64,000 nt of DNA, taken from the NCBI GenBank assembly GCA_963662275.1, contig OY759316.1, positions 960,001 to 1,024,000 on the forward strand, given 5' to 3'. This stretch comes from Candidatus Cloacimonadales bacterium. GTDB taxonomy: Bacteria; Cloacimonadota; Cloacimonadia; Cloacimonadales; DAONDQ01. Of this stretch, positions 47,097 through 55,965 are shown piece after piece (positions within the stretch are counted from its first letter, which is position 1; each line of letters starts with the position of its first letter). Both the position numbers and the translations under genes were made by a program. The notes under the pieces were generated by a model. That model did not search any database. It saw nothing but the letters and a program-made list of their open reading frames with translations, and was not told the DNA's origin.

Positions 47097-49148
47097 TTAT
47101 ATCACTGTGCTTAACAGCATATCTATCAGTTTTATACCGATAAATGGTGCTATTACGCCACCTAATCCATAAATTGACAAGTTGCTTGTGAGAACTGAAT
47201 CAGCTCCCCGTGGACGATATTTGACCCCTTTAATAGCTAGGGGAATCAATATCGGAATAATGATGGCATTAAAGATCAAAGCAGACAAAATAGCACTTTC
47301 TGGCGAATGCAGGTGCATCAGGTTTAAAACTTTTAATGAAGGAATATTGATCATGAACATGGCAGGAATAATTGCGAAGTACTTTGCCAGGTCATTGGCA
47401 ATAGAGAATGTTGTGAGTGCACCGCGGGTCATCAGCAATTGTTTACCGATTTCTACAACCTCAAGCAACTTTGTAGGGTCACTATCGAGGTCAACCATGT
47501 TCGCAGCTTCCTTAGCTGCTTGAGTACCGGAATTCATGGCGACACCTATATCAGCCTGTGCAAGTGCCGGAGAGTCATTGGTACCATCACCCATCATAGC
47601 AATGATTCGACCTTGCTGTTGTTCATTGCGAATATAGGCTAGCTTGTCTTCCGGTTTTGCTTCCGCAATATAGCCATCAATCCCGGCTTCCCTTGCGATG
47701 GCTTCTGCTGTGAGCGGATTATCTCCTGTTACCATGATGACACGAATCCCCATTGCTTTCAGACGTTCAAAGCGCTTTCTGATACCTGGTTTCAAAATAT
47801 CAGAAAGAGCGATAATACCCAACACACGATCATTTTTAGCCACAGCGAGTGGAGTGCTGCCATTTTTTGCTACCAAACCTATCTTTTCCTGAAATGATTC
47901 AGGAATTACTCCACCTTGACTGCTAACAAACTGGATTATTGCATCTGGTGCCCCTTTCCTGTATTGAATTCCATTGGACTGGTCCAATCCACTGATGCGT
48001 GTTTGCGCAGAAAAATCAATGACCTTAGCTTCACTATCGTAGTTATCAATATCAATAGTCTGTCTACCAAGAGTGACAATGGATTTACCTTCAGGGGTTT
48101 GATCACTAAGTGATGCTAAAATTGATGTTTCAATTAATTCCTTATCAGTAACTCCTTCGAAAGGAATAAATGCACTTGCCTGGCGGTCACCGATCGTTAT
48201 AGTACCAGTTTTATCCAAAAGGAGTGTATCAACATCTCCTGCCAATTCAACAGCTTTACCGCTTTTGGAAAGGATATTAGCCCCAAGAGCTCTGTCCATA
48301 CCAGCTAAACCGATAGCAGCGAGTAATGCTCCAATCGTTGTGGGAATCAGGCAGACAAATAATGCCACCAAAGTAGGTATGGAAAGTTCAATACCAAAGA
48401 AGTGTCCAATCGGTAAGAGCGTTGCAACGACAATCAGGAATGCAAGTGTTAATCCAGCCAAGGTCACAGTTAAAGCTAGTTCATTTGGCGTTTTTTGTCT
48501 CACAGCCCCTTCCACCATGGCAATCATGCGATCAAGGAAAGAGTTGCCAGGTTGTGCCAGGATGCGTATCAATAATGTATCAGATAAAACTCTTGTACCT
48601 CCTGTTACCCCTGATCTGTCACCTCCGGCTTCACGGAGAACTGCCGCAGATTCACCAGTGATAGCTGATTCATCTACCATTGCAGCACCTTCAATGATCT
48701 CACCATCTGCCGGAATGATTTCACCTGCTAGTACCTGTATCACATCATCAAAGACAAGGTCACTGGACATGATCATTTCAGTCTTGCCATTTCTCACCAG
48801 TTTAGCAGGTGTACTCTGGCGTGTCTTCCTGAGTGTATTCGCCTGTGCTTTCCCTCTTTCTTCTGCCAGTGATTCAGCGAAGTTGGCAAATAGCACAGTG
48901 ATCCATAGAATCAGAGTTACAGAAAGATTATATGAAAAATTGTGAGTTCCTTGAATTAGATCATTGATTAACACAACAGTCGTTAGTAAAGCACCGATTT
49001 CAGTGACGAACATCACAGGATTCTTTGCCATCCTATGTGGATTTAACATTGTAAATGCACCTTTGATAGCACCTTTCACCAGTTTCGGATCAAATAGGGC
49101 AGCATGTCTTGACTGACGTCGTTGAAGCTTTGGGGATATACTGTTCAT
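47097..49148 (-). CDS. kdpB: K+-transporting P-type ATPase subunit B
   Basis: NPVMFV, DESAITGES, CLIPTTIG, DKTGT, TGDN, GDGTND. Confidence 0.98.
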   Translation of the reverse strand: MNSISPKLQRRQSRHAALFDPKLVKGAIKGAFTMLNPHRMAKNPVMFVTEIGALLTTVVLINDLIQGTHNFSYNLSVTLILWITVLFANFAESLAEERGKAQANTLRKTRQSTPAKLVRNGKTEMIMSSDLVFDDVIQVLAGEIIPADGEIIEGAAMVDESAITGESAAVLREAGGDRSGVTGGTRVLSDTLLIRILAQPGNSFLDRMIAMVEGAVRQKTPNELALTVTLAGLTLAFLIVVATLLPIGHFFGIELSIPTLVALFVCLIPTTIGALLAAIGLAGMDRALGANILSKSGKAVELAGDVDTLLLDKTGTITIGDRQASAFIPFEGVTDKELIETSILASLSDQTPEGKSIVTLGRQTIDIDNYDSEAKVIDFSAQTRISGLDQSNGIQYRKGAPDAIIQFVSSQGGVIPESFQEKIGLVAKNGSTPLAVAKNDRVLGIIALSDILKPGIRKRFERLKAMGIRVIMVTGDNPLTAEAIAREAGIDGYIAEAKPEDKLAYIRNEQQQGRIIAMMGDGTNDSPALAQADIGVAMNSGTQAAKEAANMVDLDSDPTKLLEVVEIGKQLLMTRGALTTFSIANDLAKYFAIIPAMFMINIPSLKVLNLMHLHSPESAILSALIFNAIIIPILIPLAIKGVKYRPRGADSVLTSNLSIYGLGGVIAPFIGIKLIDMLLSTVI

Positions 49149-50797
49149 GATTGCATCCCTCCTAAAGAGTCAGCAATTGGACCTAATACGGCCATCGGGA
49201 GGAAAAGCAGTGCTCCAATGAAAATGATACTTCCCAATAGTATAATTCCAAAGAGAAGCGTGTCTGTCCTGAATGTACCAATCGTTTCAGGGATAGCCTT
49301 TTTCCGGGCTAATGAACCTGCAATCATCAGAGGAAGGATGATAGGTATGAACCTTGAAAGCAGCATTACAATACCTGTTGCGATATTCCAGGGTGCTGTA
49401 CTATCTTTCAGTCCTTCAAACCCCGACCCATTATTTGCAGATGCAGAACTGAACTCGTAGAGTATCTCTGTGAAGCCATGCGCCCCTGGGTTATTGGTGC
49501 TGAGGTGTCCCCAATCCGTAACACAAAACAATGCCGTGCCACCGAGAATCATCAGAGGGTGAAGTAATAGTGCGAGGACTGCCAGTCGCATTTCTTTGGT
49601 TTCAACTTTACGCGTCAGGTATTCAGGACTTCTACCAACCATCATACCGCAGATGAAAACACCAATAATGATATAGATGATCATATTTATTAACCCTACA
49701 CCTATGCCTCCGAATATACTGTTTATCCACATCCCGATCAAGGCTATCAATCCGGTGAGGGGATTCATGCTATCATGCATACTGTTCACTGAACCATTGC
49801 TGGTTACGGTTGTTGAAACAGCCCAGGCTGCAGATGAACTGCCTCCAAAGCGTAATTCCTTGCCTTCAAGATTGGCTCTTTGAACTACATTGAGACCATG
49901 TATTGCTATAGCTGGTCGATGTTCCTGGGATATGCCAATTGAAATAAAGCAAAGGAAAAGGAAAAGCATGACACTGAAAAGAACTAATGCATGTTTCATT
50001 CTTTTAGTAATGAATCCAAAGACCCAGACACAAGCCATAGGTAGTAATATAATACTTAAGCACTCAACCCAGTTAGTCAGGAAGTTGGGATTTTCAAAAG
50101 GATGTGCTGCATTCGCTCCGAAGAAACCACCGCCATTTGTGCCCAATTGCTTGATCGCTTCAAACACTGCAATAGGACCACGTGCAATAACCTGTGGGAT
50201 TCCTTCCAGCGTTGTTGCATGAGCAGCACCATGGAAAGTCATTGGTACACCATTCAGCAAAAGGAAAATCGCTTCTATGAAAGCAAGAGGAAGTAAGACA
50301 TAAAGGACACTTCGTTTCAGATCCTGGTGGAAATTACCCATGGAAGATTGACCACCAAGTCCTCTTGAGATAGCACATAAAGCAGCTAATCCCGTTCCTG
50401 CAGAAACAAACTGAAACCACATCAGGACAAATACCTGGGAAAAGTAACTCATCGAAGTTTCACCTGAATAATGCTGTAGGTTTGTGTTTGAAACAAATGA
50501 GGCAGACGTATGAAATACGAGATCCAGGGAAATACGTCCAAGGTGATCTGGATTCAAGGGAAGAAATTGTTGTAAACTAAGCACTAACATACCAAAAACG
50601 AAAGCTATGGCATTGAATACAATGAGTGAAATTGAATAACTCTTCCAATCCTGTGGGGGAAACGGGATAACCGATGGTGCATTAACATTAACACTAAGTT
50701 TTGTTTTTAATTCCAGCACAAAGGTGATCCACTTACCCAGGGGATAGGATAGAACAGAGGCAGTGATAATCATCAGAAATGGTAATATCATAATCAT
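49145..50797 (-). CDS. kdpA: K+-transporting ATPase subunit A
   Basis: SFVSNTNLQHYSGE, KQLGTNGGGFF, SNGSVNSMHDS, NNGSGFEG; start MIMILPF just after the kdpF stop. Confidence 0.97.
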   Translation of the reverse strand: MIMILPFLMIITASVLSYPLGKWITFVLELKTKLSVNVNAPSVIPFPPQDWKSYSISLIVFNAIAFVFGMLVLSLQQFLPLNPDHLGRISLDLVFHTSASFVSNTNLQHYSGETSMSYFSQVFVLMWFQFVSAGTGLAALCAISRGLGGQSSMGNFHQDLKRSVLYVLLPLAFIEAIFLLLNGVPMTFHGAAHATTLEGIPQVIARGPIAVFEAIKQLGTNGGGFFGANAAHPFENPNFLTNWVECLSIILLPMACVWVFGFITKRMKHALVLFSVMLFLFLCFISIGISQEHRPAIAIHGLNVVQRANLEGKELRFGGSSSAAWAVSTTVTSNGSVNSMHDSMNPLTGLIALIGMWINSIFGGIGVGLINMIIYIIIGVFICGMMVGRSPEYLTRKVETKEMRLAVLALLLHPLMILGGTALFCVTDWGHLSTNNPGAHGFTEILYEFSSASANNGSGFEGLKDSTAPWNIATGIVMLLSRFIPIILPLMIAGSLARKKAIPETIGTFRTDTLLFGIILLGSIIFIGALLFLPMAVLGPIADSLGGMQS

Positions 50798-50798
50798 T

Positions 50799-50879
50799 TT
50801 AGAACTTCTCCGGTTTAATGAGCACAAAGATAAGATATACAAAGCAGAACAATGTTATAACATATACGAGCCAATTCAT
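50799..50879 (-). CDS. kdpF: K+-transporting ATPase subunit F (26 aa; absent from the ORF track)
   Basis: MNWLVYVITLFCFVYLIFVLIKPEKF; YL..L..PEKF signature; TAATG overlap with the kinase stop; directly before kdpA. Confidence 0.9.
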   Translation of the reverse strand: MNWLVYVITLFCFVYLIFVLIKPEKF

Positions 50880-52744
50880 TACAGGACTCCTTGGAGATTA
50901 TTCGATAGAACGATTTGTTTATTGGGAACTGATGGAAGTTCAAACCAAAACGTGGAACCTTGATTAGGTATGCTTTCAACGCCAACTTCACCACCATGTG
51001 CATGGACGATTTCTCTTACTATAGCTAAGCCTAAACCAGCACCGGAATGATTGGAATTACCAGGTACACGATAGAATTGTTCAAATATGAGGGACTGATG
51101 TTCCGACGCAATTCCAATACCGGTATCACTTACCCGGAAAAGGATTCTATCCCCATGTTCTTTTACCGACACAGTAATTCTTCCACCTGGGGATGTATAA
51201 TGCATGGCATTCGTAATGAGATTATCGAAGACAGGGGCAAAGCGTGGGGCATCAACCATAACACTAGGAAGACCATAGGCTATATCAGTCTTTAATTCTA
51301 TTCCTTTGTTGCGGGTTTCTGAAATGTACGGATAGATTGCATCTCTAACAAGGGCATGCGGATCGGTAACTTTCAATTCAAGCAACTGCGAATCCTGGCT
51401 GATCTGGTGGATATCAAGTAAATCCTGTATGATTCGAGTCAACCTTTCTGCATCTTCACTTGCAGCTTGAAGAAGCTCAACCTGCTTTTCATTCAGCATA
51501 CCCAGACGTTCATCAAAAAGGAGATGAATTGACATCCCCAATGAAGTCAGGGGTGTCTTCAATTGATGAGAAACAGTCGAAATTACATTATACTTCAGTT
51601 CCTGCTGTTCATGTAATTGCGTCATATCCCGGAATAGTATGATCGCACCTGAAGGATCATTTGATTCATTGTTCAAAGAAATTGGGATAACAACCGGTTC
51701 AAAGAAGTATTCCTTTAAATCATTGAACACTTGTAGATAACCGTTCTTTTTTGAATATTCAGCGATTTTTCCTTCGGAGGTTGCTTTTCGGAATAGGTCT
51801 GGCAACCAGGTATTGGATGTTTCAAAAACAGAAATACCTGAATTTAAGCCGAATAGTTTTTGAGCGCTAACTGTGGAGATTTCAACTTTACCAACCGGGT
51901 CTGTAATGGCGATTGCAGTCGACAACGCACTGATCACTTCTTTCGTTGCTAACTGTGTACGCTGCAAGGTTATATTATCAGATCTTTTGCGCTCACGTAA
52001 GGATTGAGTCATGCGATTGAAGGCATTGGCTAATCTTCCAATTTCATCATTTACACCAGCATGAAGAACTAATTCAATATTGCCTGCACTCACATCTTCA
52101 ACTGACCCAATCAAACGATTGATGGGACGTAATACCCAGCCTTGTGTTAGGAAACTGAAAGTCACAGCGATAACTGCACAGGTGATAATGGCAATTAACA
52201 TACGACCTTTTGCTGATGCAGATTCTTTTCTGGCTTTGTTGTTTTCCTGGTTCATATTTTCCTGGTTCAGGATGAGTATCTTTTGTGCTGTGTCCTTGGT
52301 TTGCATGAATTGAGGATATGCCTTCGCATAATAGATCAGCTGTTGTTCCTGGAATGATAGGTTATGATTATGTAGTGTTTTTACAATAGCATTGTAATGG
52401 GAAAATTCTCGTGACAAGGTGTTTACCAATTCCTGTTCTCCCGGCAGGGTGATGTTATGCATTTCTACATCAAATGCCTGATCGAAGGCGATCATATTTG
52501 TGCTTATCAATGAATCACCCTTTGCTGTATTCCCTGTCATATTGATAAGAATGCCGCTATCTATGCGTTCCAAGGCTTCTTTCATATTTTGGCAGGCTAC
52601 AACACTCCGGTAGTTTTCTTTCAGAATTACATCTATGGCATTCCCTAATTGAGACAGTTGTACCATAATCATCATTCCTATTCCAGCAACAATGATAAGC
52701 AAACTACTAAAACCAAGAGTGAGTTTAGTTCGTAATCCAATCAT
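50879..52744 (-). CDS. Membrane sensor histidine kinase (periplasmic helical sensor, HAMP, PAS-like, HisKA, HATPase)
   Basis: SHQLKTPLTS, NLITNAMHY, DTGIGI, GAGLGLAI; start MIGLRTK after GAGG. Confidence 0.92.
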   Translation of the reverse strand: MIGLRTKLTLGFSSLLIIVAGIGMMIMVQLSQLGNAIDVILKENYRSVVACQNMKEALERIDSGILINMTGNTAKGDSLISTNMIAFDQAFDVEMHNITLPGEQELVNTLSREFSHYNAIVKTLHNHNLSFQEQQLIYYAKAYPQFMQTKDTAQKILILNQENMNQENNKARKESASAKGRMLIAIITCAVIAVTFSFLTQGWVLRPINRLIGSVEDVSAGNIELVLHAGVNDEIGRLANAFNRMTQSLRERKRSDNITLQRTQLATKEVISALSTAIAITDPVGKVEISTVSAQKLFGLNSGISVFETSNTWLPDLFRKATSEGKIAEYSKKNGYLQVFNDLKEYFFEPVVIPISLNNESNDPSGAIILFRDMTQLHEQQELKYNVISTVSHQLKTPLTSLGMSIHLLFDERLGMLNEKQVELLQAASEDAERLTRIIQDLLDIHQISQDSQLLELKVTDPHALVRDAIYPYISETRNKGIELKTDIAYGLPSVMVDAPRFAPVFDNLITNAMHYTSPGGRITVSVKEHGDRILFRVSDTGIGIASEHQSLIFEQFYRVPGNSNHSGAGLGLAIVREIVHAHGGEVGVESIPNQGSTFWFELPSVPNKQIVLSNNLQGVL

Positions 52745-52770
52745 TTTATATATCCTCTGAAAGCACATGG

Positions 52771-52786
52771 AGCACCCTTTGAGCCA
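52771..52786 (-). promoter_or_regulatory. Putative sigma54 (-24/-12) promoter of the kinase-kdpFABC operon
   Basis: Minus strand TGGCTCAAAGGGTGCT has GG-N10-GC spacing, 26 bp before the ATG; adjacent gene is a GAFTGA activator. Confidence 0.6.
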
Positions 52787-52841
52787 TTCATGATTAGTCA
52801 TATATCACAATAGGTTACGATTTCTAGTACTGGTTTTTAGA

Positions 52842-52886
52842 TTGCAAATTGTAAGGATAATCTGATTTGATATTGCATTATGCAAT
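52842..52886. promoter_or_regulatory. Two TTGCA-N3-TGCAA palindromes, candidate activator sites
   Basis: TTGCAAATTGTAA (52842) and TTGCATTATGCAA (52873), 31 bp apart; third copy at 55578. Confidence 0.6.
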
Positions 52887-52903
52887 GGACGTAGCGTATA
52901 CTA

Positions 52904-54153
52904 ACCGGTAGTGGTATCCTTCAGGTTACTGTATACGCGCAAGCTAAAGACATCGCCTACCGACCGGTAGCGGTATCCTTCAGGTTACTGTATATGCGCA
53001 AGCTAAAGACAGCGCTTACCGGTAGTAGTATCCTTCAGGTTACTGTATATGCGCAAGCTAAAGACAGCGCTTACCGGTAGTAGTATCCTTCAGGTTACTG
53101 TATATGCGCAAGCTAAAGACAGCGCTTACCGGTAGTAGTATCCTTCAGGTTACTGTATATGCGCAAGCTAAAGACAGCGCTTACCGGTAGTGGTATCCTT
53201 CAGGTTACTGTATATGCGCAAGCTAAAGACAGCGCTTACCGGTAGTAGTATCCTTCAGGTTACTGTATATGCGCAAGCTAAAGACAGCGCCTACCGGTAG
53301 TGGTATCCTTCAGGTTACTGTATACGCGCAAGCTAAAGACATCGCCTACCGACCGGTAGCGGTATCCTTCAGGTTACCTTTATTAGCGCAAGCTAAAGAC
53401 AGCGCTTACCGGTAGTGGTATCCTTCAGGTTACTGTATATGCGCAAGCTAAAGACATCGCCTACCGACCGGTAGCGGTATCCTTCAGGTTACTGTATATG
53501 CGCAAGCTAAAGACAGCACTTACCGGTAGTAGTATCCTTCAGGTTACTGTATATGCGCAAGCAAAGACAGCGCTTACCGGTAGTAGTATCCTTCAGGTTA
53601 CTGTATATGCGCAAGCAAAGACAGCGCTTACCGGGCGGTAGTGGTATCCTTCAGGTTACTGTATATGCGCAAGCAAAGACATCGCCTACCGACCGGTAGC
53701 GGTATCCTTCAGGTTACTGTATACGCGCAAGCTAAAGACATCGCCTACCGACCGGTAGCGGTATCCTTCAGGTTACTTTTATTAGCGCAAGCTAAAGACA
53801 TCGCCTACCGACCGGTAGCGGTATCCTTCAGGTTACTGTATATGCGCAAGCAAAGACATCGCCTACCGACCGGTAGCGGTATCCTTCAGGTTACTGTATA
53901 TGCGCAAGCTAAAGACAGCGCTTACCGGTAGTAGTATCCTTCAGGTTACCTTTATTTGCGCAAGCTAAAGACAGCGCTTACCGGTAGTAGTATCCTTCAG
54001 GTTACTGTATATGCGCAAGCTAAAGACAGCGCTTACCGGTAGTAGTATCCTTCAGGTTACTGTATATGCGCAAGCTAAAGACAGCGCTTACCGGTAGTAG
54101 TATCCTTCAGGTTACTGTATATGCGCAAGCTAAAGACAGCGCCTACCGACCGG
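52904..54153. repeat. Tandem array of 22 units (54-60 bp) of a GTAG..CTAC palindromic doublet
   Basis: Consensus CCGGTAGTAGTATCCTTCAGGTTACTGTATATGCGCAAGCTAAAGACAGCGCTTA; 22 occurrences of TATCCTTCAGGTTAC counted; no unique spacers. Confidence 0.95.
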
Positions 54154-54198
54154 CTTCTTTTCTCTCTTAATTTATAATTTATAATCTTTAATTTACTG

Positions 54199-55545
54199 TT
54201 AGTCCAACCCGTATTGCTTCCTCTTCCGCCATAGTGTAGCTTGGTCAATACCCAGGATTTCAGCTGCCTCTTGCAGAGTAGTGCTTCTCATGATAACTTT
54301 CTGAATATGTGACTTTTCTATTGCTTCGAGAGAAACAGCATCACCGATCCGAATTTGGTCAGGATGAAATATCATGTTTTCTGGTAGCAATTCTGCACCA
54401 ACTAGTGGTGTATAACAAAGAATAGCCATACGTTCAATTACATTGCGCAATTCCCGGAGGTTTCCAGGCCAGTTGTAATTTTGAAAAGCATTGATGACAG
54501 AGGGAGCGAAACCAGAAAAGGAATGATGGTTTTGAGTTCCGAAATATGCAAGCATCGATTCAGCGAGAGGGTGAATGTCTTCCTTTCTGTCAAAAAGAGT
54601 TGGCAGGGTTATGGAGATTACTCTCAAACGGAAGAAAAGGTCTTCCCTGAATTTTCCTTCTTTTACGGCAGTATCCAGGTTAGTATTCGTGGCAGTAATG
54701 ATCCGAACATCTGCCTTACGAGTAATATGATCACCAACCCGCTCATATTCCCTTTCCTGGATAAATCGTAAAAGCTTTGCTTGAATCGAAGAAGGCAGTT
54801 CTCCGACTTCATCGAGGAAGAGAGTCCCTCCTTCACAAAGAGCGACCTTACCTGGATTATCACGAACAGCACCCGTAAAAGCCCCACGAACATGACCGAA
54901 TAATGTGCTTTCCAGTAATTCTGGACTCAATGTTGGACAGGATATAACTCCGAATGGTTTATTTGAGCGATTACTCCATTGATGAATTAGCTTTGCCAGT
55001 ACCGTCTTTCCCGTACCGCTTGGACCTTCCAACATAATCGTGGCTTCAGACTTGGCAACCTGCCGGGCAAGCTCATATACTTTCTGCATCACAGGAGAAT
55101 TACTTACGAGATAAGTCTCTGACTGTAATCTGCCAATATCTTCCTGCAACGATAGAATCCTGTGTTCCATTGCTTGCATAGTCTGGATACGTTGTAACAT
55201 GGCAGATAACTCATCAGGTCTGAATGGCTTTGGAAGATAGTCTGCAGCACCGAGCTGCAAAGCTCGTACGGCTGTTTCAATTGTAGAATAAGCAGTGATA
55301 ACAATGATCTTTAAGGAAGGATTATTTTTCAATAACAGAGGAAGAAGATCAAGACCGTTATCTGTTCCCAGTCGTAAATCGACAAATGCTACGTCAAACA
55401 ACAGCTCTGTATTCAGCATCATTGCATCTTCCACATTGCTTGCTGTTTTGCAGCTATATCCCTGGGTTTCACAAAAAATGGATAAAGTCTTCCGGATGTT
55501 TATTTCATCATCGACGATTAGAACATTCAGGGTATTCTGATTCAT
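54199..55545 (-). CDS. Sigma54-dependent response regulator (NtrC/AlgB-like: REC-AAA+-HTH)
   Basis: VLIVDDE..DLRL..KPF; GPSGTGKT; GAFTGA; LFLDEVGEL; WPGNLREL; LGIDQATLWRK. Confidence 0.95.
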   Translation of the reverse strand: MNQNTLNVLIVDDEINIRKTLSIFCETQGYSCKTASNVEDAMMLNTELLFDVAFVDLRLGTDNGLDLLPLLLKNNPSLKIIVITAYSTIETAVRALQLGAADYLPKPFRPDELSAMLQRIQTMQAMEHRILSLQEDIGRLQSETYLVSNSPVMQKVYELARQVAKSEATIMLEGPSGTGKTVLAKLIHQWSNRSNKPFGVISCPTLSPELLESTLFGHVRGAFTGAVRDNPGKVALCEGGTLFLDEVGELPSSIQAKLLRFIQEREYERVGDHITRKADVRIITATNTNLDTAVKEGKFREDLFFRLRVISITLPTLFDRKEDIHPLAESMLAYFGTQNHHSFSGFAPSVINAFQNYNWPGNLRELRNVIERMAILCYTPLVGAELLPENMIFHPDQIRIGDAVSLEAIEKSHIQKVIMRSTTLQEAAEILGIDQATLWRKRKQYGLD

Positions 55546-55577
55546 AATCTCTCCCAAGTACTTAGATCAATCTTTCA

Positions 55578-55590
55578 TTGCAAAATGCAA
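55578..55590. promoter_or_regulatory. TTGCAAAATGCAA palindrome upstream of the regulator (candidate autoregulatory site)
   Basis: Same motif as 52842 and 52873. Confidence 0.5.
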
Positions 55591-55655
55591 GATATACGAT
55601 CCGTTTTTTAGAGCAAGAAAAATCCTTTTCAAACATTAGCAACAACTTCAATACA

Positions 55656-55759
55656 GTAGCAACAACTTCAGTTGTTGGAGCAACTGCTTTAGCAGTTTTA
55701 TGTTTTAACATATCTGCCTATCCGAATTTATCTCATTAAAATGTGTTGATTTGATGTAT
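55656..55759. repeat. About 105-bp dispersed element, diverged copy of 1332-1437
   Basis: GTAGCAACAACTTCAGTTGTTGG..AACTGCTTTAGCAGTT..GTTTTAACAT..GATTTGATGTAT shared. Confidence 0.8.
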
Positions 55760-55965
55760 CAATTCTGCCAACGACAGGTCTCTTTGAAGATAAGAAATAC
55801 AGAACAAAAACAGAAAATAAAGAAAATCTTAAGAAAATATAGAAAAGTCTAGATGATCCCTAGATGATCCCTAGATTATCCTTAGATGAAACATACTTGA
55901 ATTATTATGAGACTTACTTGTGTATGAATAATGAAAATAAATATAAAATCTTTTGGCGTTGTTTG

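Noticed and set aside
48265..48945. 226-aa plus-strand ORF and the many other antisense ORFs in the track
   Set aside because: Shadow frames fully overlapping well-supported genes on the opposite strand
53641..53931. 96-aa ORF in the tandem array
   Set aside because: Chance open frame through repeat units, no RBS, frame broken in other units
52904..54153. CRISPR array or guide-RNA array
   Set aside because: Units are near-identical over their whole length, with only a few recurring alleles; no unique spacers and no cas or other effector gene nearby
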